From a virus (lineage: Duplodnaviria > Caudoviricetes), in the IMG/VR virus record IMGVR_UViG_3300013126_000029, positions 572-64,571 of that record: a stretch of DNA of 64,000 bases; one strand, 5' to 3'. The notes beneath the pieces were generated by a model that made no database searches, was not told the origin of the DNA, and saw nothing but the letters and a program-made list of their open reading frames with translations. Position 1 is the first letter of the stretch, and every line of letters starts with the position of its first letter. Below, piece by piece: positions 28,616 to 37,400 of the stretch. A program made the position numbers and the translations under genes.

Positions 28616-31600
28616 TCCGCGGCCTGCGCTCCCGGACCGAAACCGACGGCCACCCGGAAGCCTTTGGCGGCTTCGCGGTAGTGGGCGGGGTTCTCGGCCA
28701 GGTGATCCATGGCGATCTCCTGGGCGATCCCGCGGTCGTCGGTGTGCTCGGTCTCCTCCTCGGTGCCCTCGGCAAGGTCGTCCGGGTCGAAGTCCTCGGG
28801 CTCCATCTCGTCGGCGGGGCCCCCGTGCAGGCGGTCCTTGTGCGCCGCCTTGCCGGTCTCGTCGGGCGGGAGGAGCGGATCGGTGCCGGGGTGCGGGTTG
28901 CCGTGTTCGTCCACCTTGAGCTTGCTCTGCCAGTGCTCCGGGATTCGGCCGGCCGGAAAGAAGCGCCCGGTCAGGATCGGGTGCTTCATCGCGCCTTGCA
29001 GGAACTTCGCCACGGTGTCGCGGCGCTTCACCGGGTCCTGGTGCCAGGCGGCGTCCGCCGCGGCGGCCTCGGCCTCCTTGCGCTGGTGCTCGGCCGCTCG
29101 CTGAACCCGCTCGGCTTCGGCCTGGCGGGCGCGTTCCTGGGCCTGCTGTTGCGCCTGGCTCTCGGCTTCGGCGCGAGCCTTTTCGATGCCTGCCCGGTGG
29201 GCCTTGGTCTCCGCGCTGGGCTCGGCGTTGGCCTGGGCGGCGGTGTGCGGCATGAAACCGCCCTCGTCGTGCTGGTCGCGGATGAAGTGCAGGGTGTAGC
29301 CGTCGGCGTCGTTCTCGCTGCGCAGGACGCCGTGCTCGTGGCCGGTGTCGTCGCCCCAGGTGGCCACCGGGCGCCACGCTTGCTTGGCTGGGTGCCAGTA
29401 TTCGAGATCTTCCGGCGGGATGGCCTGCTTGGTGTAGCGGCTGCCCTCGACGTCCTCGTTGCCGACCGGGTCGACGACGGTGCGGCGTTTCGTCGCGCGG
29501 AGCATGACCGGGACGCGCTTCGTCAACGGCCCGTCGCCGTGCTGGTCTTCGAGCTGGTCGCCAACCTTGCCGTGCCACTCTTTCGCGGCCTGGAAATGGT
29601 GGGAGAGAAAGACCTTGCCCTGGCTGTGGTTGGCGTAGGCCCCGTGACCGTAGAGCCCTTCTCCGCTGCGAGGCTGCAAGCCCTTGCTGGCGATCTGCGG
29701 CATCGAAGCGTGGCTGGTGGTGTGAAACAGGTGCCCGGCCGGCTGGTCGTCGCGCGTCCAGCGGTGCGAGGTCGGGTCGAGGTGCAGGCCGGGGGCGTTG
29801 GCGATGGGCCCGGCCTTGGCGCCCTCGATGAGATCCCACCGGGCCGGGCCGGCGGCGGCGCCGGCCTCCCAACGGATCTTGTCGGGCTCGGCGTACCCCA
29901 GTCGATTGCCCGACCGGGCTCCGCCCCCGCCGGCTGCTTTGCCTTCGACCCGCGCCACTGGGCGCAGGCCCTTCTCGCGCAGGGCTCGATAGGTCGTGCC
30001 GTCCTCGGTGCTCAAGCTGTAGGTCACGAACAGGGCCGGGGCCTCGGCGTCGCCTCGTTTCGAGCGGTCGAGGAGGTCGATCATGCGCGCCGCGAGCTTC
30101 GACGACGCGCCCTTGGTGGTCCCGTCCGACGCGATCCGGGTCAACTCCAGGATGTTGCGCGGGTCCACCCGCCCGTTGCCCCAGCGCCCGGTCGGCGTGC
30201 CGGCGGTGGCGACGGCCACCAGGCGCCCGCCCCGCATGCACCCGACGGCGTAGATGAGCCCGCGCGGGTTCATCTCGGGCATCTGGCTGTGGTGCTCGGC
30301 GATGAACGCTCGGGCGGTGTCCAGCGGCACGTTCACCAGGCGGAGCTTGCCGGCGGGCGCGATGGCGTCGGCCAGGATCTCGCGCACGATGATCGCGGGG
30401 ATGAGCCCGCCGCGATCTGCGGACTCGGCCACAAGCGCAACGGCATCGGCTGCATCTTGCGGGCGCCACTCGGGCATGCCGATCAAGCCCGGAAGCTCGT
30501 CCGCCCGGATGGTCATGGGATCGTCCTCGAAGCTCTCCTCGGGCGCCCACTCGCGGGCGTGGCCGGCGTCGTGCAGGGCGCCCTCGATGAGGTGGACCTC
30601 CCCACCGTCGAAGATCCGTCCGACGTGCTCGACGATGTTCGCCGCTCGTCGTTCGGCTTCGGCCCGCTCGGGCGTGATTTCGGCGTGGCCGCGCTCGCCA
30701 GGGGCGGGCGCTCCGGCGTGGCCCATCGCGGCGTGCAGCGGCTTTGTTCTGACGTGCCGGTGCTCCGTCCGGCCCCGGCGGTCGGTGCGCGTTTCGAGGT
30801 GCAGGCGGCCACCGTGGTCGAGATCGGTGAGGAACGACAACTGCATCGCCTTGGCGCCCTCTCCGAACGCGATGCGGATCGCGCGCCGCTTGCGGACCGT
30901 GGTCGAGCCCGCGCCGGTGATGAAGCGGTGCCAGGCTCGGTCGAGGGCGACCTCGGCCCACGGCATCTCGTAGTTCTTCGGCGAGTCCTCTCCGCGGGTG
31001 TGCTGTTGCAACCACCCGTCCGGGTCGGCCACAAACGCGGCGGTGGCGTCCTTGTCCAGGTCCATCTCCGCGGCGATGCGGCGGCGCTCGGCGGCCGACG
31101 TCCACCCGCCCGGAAAGCCGATCTCGTCGGTGTAGTCGGCGAGGTCGGGATCGGTGGCGGCGAACGCCGATTCGGCGACGTCCTCGCGCACCTTGTCCTG
31201 GGCGGCGGTGAGCTTCCGCGGCGGTCCTTTCTCGGGACGGCCCACGGCGGCGGTGATGGCGACGCTGTCCAGGGTCACGCGGGCACCGGGGCTTGTTTCG
31301 GCGACGATGCGCTCGATGTCGGGGAAGCGCGTCGAGCGCGGGCCCACCCCGAGAAGATGGAGCGCCAGCGGGCGGCGGGGTCGCAGGAACGCGGCCAGAT
31401 CGGCGTCGCTGGTGGCGTCTTTCTTCATGGGGATCGCGGGCGTCCAGTCGGTGCCCAGAATGGCATCGACCCGCGCCGCGAACGCAGCCATCGACACGGC
31501 GCCTTTCTGGATCGGCACCAGGATGTGCGCGCCCTTGGCGCGGATGGCGCGCACCCGGTCGGCGTAGCGCGTGAGCCGGCGCAGGGTCTCCTCCTGGTCT

Positions 31601-34107
31601 GCGACCTTGTCCGGTGCGACGGCGTAGAGCTGGCCTCCCAGGGCGTCGGCCATGCGGTCGTACAGGTCGAGGCGGCGTGTCCATTCGGCGTGGGTGATGG
31701 GATCTTTGTCCACCGGCCCGTCCGGCGTGAACGCGATCTCTCCGAACGCCCCCGAGTCGAGAAAGAAGCGCACCAGGCGGCCGTCGGGAGTCGTCCGCCC
31801 GCGCAGGGCGGCGGCGGCCGTCTCGGCCTCGCGGTTCATCTCGCTCGCCGTCGCTCCGGGGTTGATCCCGATGTCGGCGAAACCGGCGATCTCTCCGGCG
31901 TGGTTCGACCCGCTGGCAAAGTATCCTCCCAGGTCGATCTTGAACGTCTCGGCCTCGTTGAACAGGGCGAGTTGCGCCGTCGCTGCCGGCCCGGCCGGCG
32001 TGGTCGTGACCCATCGGCGCTCGGTGCGCCCGCGCTTGTCCGTCCGCGTCTCGGCGTGGAGGCGGCCTCCGTGGGTCGGCTCGAAGAGACGCATCTGGTC
32101 GGCGGCCTTCCCGGCCTCCGGTGGCGAGTCGGCGGCGAGCGCGTCGGCCAGCTCGGTCAGCGCCAGATCGGCCCGGAACTTGTGCCCGACGCGACGTTCG
32201 AGGGCGACATACTCGCGGAACAACGCCGGGTTGGCCTGGGCGGCGATCTTCAGGTCGTCGCGGGTGGCGAAGACACAGAAGACGCAGGACAACCGGCGCA
32301 TGCCGAGGTCGTAGGCCCCGTGATAGGGCGTGCCGGCGTCGCGGATGCGCCGCCAGACGTCGCCCTCGGTCCAGTGGTGGATGGGCAACCACTCGTCCAC
32401 CTGCCGCTTGCCGTTGCTCGCCCCGTCGTCGCGCTCGAAGACGGGCATCTTGGCGCGGTTGCTGCTCTCGTCGGCTCGCAGGCCCATGCAGTTGAGAATG
32501 CGCACCGGCGCGCCCTTGCGGCCGATCTCGTCGGTCAGGCGCGTCATGAGGGTGCGGATGGGGCCGCGCTTGTGGTCGGAGGTGCAGTAGCGCGACGCGC
32601 TCGACGGCCAGGCGATCTCCTTGCCGAAGTCCACCGGATCGGCCTCGGCCTTGCCGTTCTTCAGCTTGCGTTCGGCGGCCTGCTTGAGCTTCCGGGCGCG
32701 TTCGTCGGGGGCCTGCGCTCCGTCCGCCTGCGCCGGCCCGATGAGCCCGGCCAGCGTCTCGGCGCTCGCCCCCGCGAGATCGCCCCAGGTCCGCACGCCG
32801 GACTTGGCGAGGGTCGCGACGTCGTGGCTGCGCTGCTGGAGGTCCACGGCCCGCTGGTCGATCTGCTCGATGAGGTCGCCCTTGGTCTTCTGTACGACCT
32901 CGAAGCGCAGGCCGTAGTGCCGGGCCTGCGCCTCGGCCAGCTCGCGGGTGCCCTCCCATTCCACGCGCCCCAGATCGGCGTGCACGACGACGACGCGGTC
33001 GAGCACGCCCTGGGCGCGGGCCTGGGCGACCACGTAGTCGAGCATTGCCTGGCTGTCCTTGCCGGCGGAACTGTTCACCAGGATCGTGTCGTAGTCGCGC
33101 AACGACGGCTCGGGATGAGCCGGGGCCGGGCTCGGGTCGTGGCCCAGTCCGTCAAGGCGGTTCTGGGCGCGCAGGCCCGGCGCCGTCGGCGCTGCGCCTC
33201 GCGCGCGGGGCGCCCGCTCGCCGATCTGCACCAGGGCCTCGGGCGGCGGCTTGATGCTTGGCGCAGTCGAGAAATTCGGGGCCGTTTTTGGGTCGATCTT
33301 GGCCTGCGGCGCGGTTCCGGTGCTCGAACTTTCGGCGGTAATCCACCGGGCCTCGCTGCGCCCGGTCGCGTCGGTCCTGGTCTCCTTGTGGAGCCGGCCA
33401 CCGTGGCTCGGATCGCCCATGAGGTCGAACATGCTCATGGTGTTCGTGTCGCGGCGGTCGATGGCTTTCCCACCCTCTTGCGTGTCGGCCAGCTCGGCGA
33501 TCTGCCGGCGCACATACTCCAGGCGCCGCCAGGCGTCGTCCAGGGACGAGTCGCGATCCACCGGCGGCGGCTCGGCGCTCTGGGCCTCGTGCAGGTTGAG
33601 GGGGCGGCCCCGCTGCTTGGCGTCGGCGAGGAGCGCCCCCAGGCGGGCCACCGGGATGCCCGTCACCTCGCCCTGGACGCCGCGCACGTCGTAGGAGGCC
33701 CGAAAAGTGCGCAGGGCCTCGCGGCGGGTGGCGAACCCCACCATGACCTTGTCCTCGTCGTAGCGGCCGGTCTTCGGGTCTTTGGCCCGGATGACCCACG
33801 CGGTCGGAGCGTCGCGCTCGGGCCCCACGAACACGTCCACGGCGTCGCCGTCCACGCCCAGGGTGCCCCGGAACTCGCCATAGTGCGCGGGCATCAGGAC
33901 GGCCCACGGGCTGCCGTCCTGGCCTCTTCCCTGGCGCACGGTGCCCTCGGGCGTCTCGACGTCAACCGTGGGCAGGCCGGGCACCTGGACGGTGCCGTGG
34001 TGGTGGTATTCCTGCGGCCGGCGGGACTCGGCGGGCGGGTCGAGCGGCAGGGCCTTGTGCCCCTCGCGGATGGCCTGGAGCTGAAGCAAGAGGCCGGCGG
34101 CGGTCAT
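28612..34107 (-). CDS. Polyvalent protein: inorganic-PPase-like + PAPS-reductase/DndC-like + TGT-like + GNAT (XF1762/Mom-like) + ART-like + DUF5661-like
   Basis: Start re-chosen at ATG 34107 (1831 aa). Motifs: HYGEFRGTLGVDGDAVDVFVG/DEDKVMVGF; NSSAGKDS/HADLG/YCTSDHK/GLRADES/RLSCVFC; FLDSGAF/APDKV/LHLLG; FIAEHH/LELTRIA/VTYSLSTEDG; LFHTT..IASKGL/VFLS/IPPEDL; EHTDDRGIAQEIAMDHLAE. Confidence 0.85.
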   Translation of the reverse strand: MTAAGLLLQLQAIREGHKALPLDPPAESRRPQEYHHHGTVQVPGLPTVDVETPEGTVRQGRGQDGSPWAVLMPAHYGEFRGTLGVDGDAVDVFVGPERDAPTAWVIRAKDPKTGRYDEDKVMVGFATRREALRTFRASYDVRGVQGEVTGIPVARLGALLADAKQRGRPLNLHEAQSAEPPPVDRDSSLDDAWRRLEYVRRQIAELADTQEGGKAIDRRDTNTMSMFDLMGDPSHGGRLHKETRTDATGRSEARWITAESSSTGTAPQAKIDPKTAPNFSTAPSIKPPPEALVQIGERAPRARGAAPTAPGLRAQNRLDGLGHDPSPAPAHPEPSLRDYDTILVNSSAGKDSQAMLDYVVAQARAQGVLDRVVVVHADLGRVEWEGTRELAEAQARHYGLRFEVVQKTKGDLIEQIDQRAVDLQQRSHDVATLAKSGVRTWGDLAGASAETLAGLIGPAQADGAQAPDERARKLKQAAERKLKNGKAEADPVDFGKEIAWPSSASRYCTSDHKRGPIRTLMTRLTDEIGRKGAPVRILNCMGLRADESSNRAKMPVFERDDGASNGKRQVDEWLPIHHWTEGDVWRRIRDAGTPYHGAYDLGMRRLSCVFCVFATRDDLKIAAQANPALFREYVALERRVGHKFRADLALTELADALAADSPPEAGKAADQMRLFEPTHGGRLHAETRTDKRGRTERRWVTTTPAGPAATAQLALFNEAETFKIDLGGYFASGSNHAGEIAGFADIGINPGATASEMNREAETAAAALRGRTTPDGRLVRFFLDSGAFGEIAFTPDGPVDKDPITHAEWTRRLDLYDRMADALGGQLYAVAPDKVADQEETLRRLTRYADRVRAIRAKGAHILVPIQKGAVSMAAFAARVDAILGTDWTPAIPMKKDATSDADLAAFLRPRRPLALHLLGVGPRSTRFPDIERIVAETSPGARVTLDSVAITAAVGRPEKGPPRKLTAAQDKVREDVAESAFAATDPDLADYTDEIGFPGGWTSAAERRRIAAEMDLDKDATAAFVADPDGWLQQHTRGEDSPKNYEMPWAEVALDRAWHRFITGAGSTTVRKRRAIRIAFGEGAKAMQLSFLTDLDHGGRLHLETRTDRRGRTEHRHVRTKPLHAAMGHAGAPAPGERGHAEITPERAEAERRAANIVEHVGRIFDGGEVHLIEGALHDAGHAREWAPEESFEDDPMTIRADELPGLIGMPEWRPQDAADAVALVAESADRGGLIPAIIVREILADAIAPAGKLRLVNVPLDTARAFIAEHHSQMPEMNPRGLIYAVGCMRGGRLVAVATAGTPTGRWGNGRVDPRNILELTRIASDGTTKGASSKLAARMIDLLDRSKRGDAEAPALFVTYSLSTEDGTTYRALREKGLRPVARVEGKAAGGGGARSGNRLGYAEPDKIRWEAGAAAGPARWDLIEGAKAGPIANAPGLHLDPTSHRWTRDDQPAGHLFHTTSHASMPQIASKGLQPRSGEGLYGHGAYANHSQGKVFLSHHFQAAKEWHGKVGDQLEDQHGDGPLTKRVPVMLRATKRRTVVDPVGNEDVEGSRYTKQAIPPEDLEYWHPAKQAWRPVATWGDDTGHEHGVLRSENDADGYTLHFIRDQHDEGGFMPHTAAQANAEPSAETKAHRAGIEKARAEAESQAQQQAQERARQAEAERVQRAAEHQRKEAEAAAADAAWHQDPVKRRDTVAKFLQGAMKHPILTGRFFPAGRIPEHWQSKLKVDEHGNPHPGTDPLLPPDETGKAAHKDRLHGGPADEMEPEDFDPDDLAEGTEEETEHTDDRGIAQEIAMDHLAENPAHYREAAKGFRVAVGFGPGAQAAD

Positions 34108-34427
34108 TCTGCGTCCTGGTCTTCGAGGATGTAGTCCTCGCCCTCCGGGGTCTGACAGAACGGCGAGCCGGGGCAGTCCTGGGCTCGCTCGGCCTGGAAC
34201 TCGAACGCCTCGGCGACGGCCTCCAGGAACGGCCGGTCGTTGTACCAGGTCGCGGCCAGCGGATCGGCGTAGGCTCCCAGGTGGGGGATATTGGCGCGGG
34301 TGAACCCCAGGCGCTTCAACCACCGCTTCACGATCCACCAGTAGGGGCCGAAGTTCCGGTAGTAGGCCGGCTCGGTCTGGAGCGTCTGCACGAGGAGGGT
34401 CGCGGTCTCCTTGGTCGGGGTGATCAT
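34104..34427 (-). CDS. Small hypothetical protein (107 aa)
   Basis: GGAGG RBS; ATG overlaps the DarB-like gene stop; MITPTKET...YRNFGPYWWIVKRWLK. Confidence 0.7.
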   Translation of the reverse strand: MITPTKETATLLVQTLQTEPAYYRNFGPYWWIVKRWLKRLGFTRANIPHLGAYADPLAATWYNDRPFLEAVAEAFEFQAERAQDCPGSPFCQTPEGEDYILEDQDAE

Positions 34428-37400
34428 TTGCGGTCCTCCGAATTGATCCGCCGGATGGCCTCCCTGACGAGACCGTGGTCCTCGCCCTGGCCTCCGACCA
34501 CGCGGTTGTGGGCGTTCTTCCACTCGTAGCTCGGCTGGTACTCGTAGCGCCCGGTGTTGCTCATGGAGCCGTGCCGGCCATGGGTGTAGACGGGTTTCTT
34601 GCCCTCCGCGCGCAGGTGCGCCACCAGGCCCCGCACGATGGCCTCTCGGTCCTCGCCCCACGGCAACAGGCCGACGGCGTCCTTGGCCTCCGGGGTGCCG
34701 GCGCGAACCGCGGCCACCGCGTCCCCTCGGCGGACGAAGACGTGCCCGTGCTTGGCGTCCGCGGCGGATAGGTTGGCGATCTGGCGGGCCTCGGGCTCGA
34801 ACTCGCGGCGGATGTCCTTGGGCCAGTCGCGCATCTCGGCGAGGGCGCCGCCGGCCAGGCTGGGGTACTTCTTGGCGCTGTCGAGCTTCGCCTTGATTTC
34901 GGGTCGATAGGCGTCGGCCTCCGTCTCCGGTCCGGTGTGGGTGACGTATTCGGGCAAAAGCGCGGCCGAGATCGTGGGATTGTCGCTCCAGGAACGGCGG
35001 CGCGGCCCAAACGGGCGCACCGTGACGCTGCCCCTGACCGGGTCCACGTCGGTGATGACATGGCCGGAGTCGGTGACCTTGTCGCCCTTCGGGTGGATGA
35101 CGTCGCCCACCTTCAGGATGGCGCCGGTGGTCGGGACCGCCACGCACGGGACGTTCGTGTCGAGCGCCTGGCGCAAAGGCTTGGGAAGCTCGGTCACCCG
35201 CTTCAGACGCTCGGTGTCGAGGCGGATGTTCTCGGCCAGCCGGCGAGCGGCGTGGCTCGTCTTGTCGGGCATCTTGGCCAGCGCGGAGCGGCGCTTGATG
35301 ACACCCTGCCAGTCGCGCATGGCTTTGGCGCGGGCGGCGTCCTGGAGCGCGGCGACGCGGGCTCCCCGGTTGGCCTCGAAGGTCTTGCGGGCCTCCTCCG
35401 GGTCGTCGGCGAGCATGATCTGAAGCTCCTCCGGGCTGAACTTCTCACCCTCCTCCGTGTTCTCGGCGTAGTCGGACCCGCTGTAGAGGTTGGCGACCCA
35501 CCCCTGCTTGCCGCTCAAGATGGCGTGGCGGTAGCTGTCGAAGCTGCGCTTCGAAAAGTAGGTGTGGATCTTGACCCGGTCGTACTTGTTGCCCTGGCGC
35601 ACGGCCCGGCCCTCGCGCTGGTGGTACTTGCCGGGGCTCCACGGCAGGTCGAGGTGATGCAGGTCGGAGGTGTTCTGCTGAAGATTGACGCCCTCGCCCA
35701 TCGTGCCGGTGTTGCCGATGACGATCCGCGTCGTGCCCTTGTTGAACCGCTCGCTGATCGCGTACCGCTTGTCGGCGTCGGCCGCGGTCTTCGCGTTCAG
35801 GATCTCGATCTCCTTCTCGGGGATGCCGGCCTCCACCAGGAGCTTTTTCAGGGCGGTGTGGCTGTCGTTGCGGTCGATGAATACGACCTGCCCGCCACGG
35901 CCCGCCTTGAGGTTCTTCACGATGGTTCCCACGGCCTCGTGGTACTTCGGGCTGTGCCGCCACTCGCCCGCGTGCTCCGGGTGCTCCTCGGCGAGCAAAG
36001 AAAGGTCCGTGCCGGCGGCGTTGAGCTGGTGCAGAAGCCAGAACGTCGCCGCGGCGGCGACCCTGGGATCTTTGTCCAGCTTGCGGCGCTCGAACTCGTC
36101 GCGGATGTCCCGGAACGCCTGGTGCTGCTGGGGGGTCATGTCCACCAGGTGCTCCTCGCGCTCGACCTGGGGGAGTTTGAGGTTGACCTCCTTGGCGGTG
36201 CGGCGCCGCAGTCCGCGCTCCATGACCTCGCGCAGCTCGTTCATGTTCTTGAACCCGACCGCGCACTGGGCCATCTCGGCCTGCTGGTTCGTGTTGATGA
36301 TCGTCCGCTCCTCGATGTCCACGTAGCGGTCGATGAATTCCTCCAGGTTGCGCACGCCCACCTGGCGCCAGACCTGGGGGGTGGCCTGGAGCATGAGGTG
36401 GTAGACGTCCATCGGGCTGTTCTTGGCCGGCGTGGCGGTGAGGAGGAACACCCCGTTGCCGTTGACGCCCAGACCGTCGGCGCCGTTCTGGCTCATGCGC
36501 TGCTGGTGCGCCTCGTCGGTCTCGTCGGGCTTGCGCCGCTCGCGCACCAGGGCGGCCTTGAGCTGGAGGTCGTGGGATCGCTTCACGTTGTCAGAGCTGG
36601 ACCCCATCATCTTGACCTCGCCCCCGCGGGACCGCGGGCTGCCGAGGTTGGCGAAGTTGTGGGCCTCGTCCACGAACATCGCGTCGATACCCAGATCCTC
36701 CCAGTGGATGATGCTCTGCTTGACCCCGAAGGCGAGCTTCGCCCGCTCGGCCTGGTAGGAGGCGAGGGCTTTGGCGAGCTTCTTCTCGCGGCTGTCGAGC
36801 GAGACGGCGACGGTCGATTCGCGGGCGCTCAACTTCGACGCCCGGCGGGCCCAGAAATCGTCTCCCTCGAAGCGGGTGACGTTCTCGTCGCGAACCGGGA
36901 TGCGGGCCTGCGCCTCGTAGGTAAACAGGACCATGTCGTAGTCGTTGGCGGCCAGATCGGCCAACTTTCTCGTCAAAGCCTCGTCGCTGTCCGCCTCGGC
37001 GACGTACTCGGGCACCTGCGGATCGTGCCAGGTCTTCTTGGGCTTCTCCTTGCTGGTCGCCCCGACCACCAGAACCTTCGCGCCGGGGTGCAGCTTTTCG
37101 ATCTCCTTCGTCCAGTTGATGATGACCGACTTGGGGCAGGTGACCGCCACCTTGCGGGCCTGGCCGCTGATCCGCATCTGGCGCGCGGTGGCGATGGTGT
37201 TAAACGTCTTGCCCAGACCCACGTCGAAGGCCACGATGCCGCCCCGGCGGTCGGTGTTCCACCGGATCTGCTCGTAGTGGTAGGGGTGCAACTCGAAGGT
37301 GAGCCCGTCGATCTTCATCGGCGTGCTGTTCAGGCGCCGCGGCACCTGCCCGGTGAAGCGGCGGTTGTAGACCTCCTCGACGTCGTTGCGCAGGTCGGAG

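Noticed and set aside
24949-32959. Long Arg/Gly/Pro-rich minus-strand ORFs (24949-28458, 28409-32959) overlapping the giants
   Set aside because: Off-frame products typical of GC-rich DNA, with no recognisable domains.
28558-34134. 1858-aa plus-strand ORF (also 23043-27179, 34937-39298, 4728-7724, 168-1697)
   Set aside because: Antisense shadows of real minus-strand genes. High GC3 removes stops on the opposite strand; no motifs or RBS.
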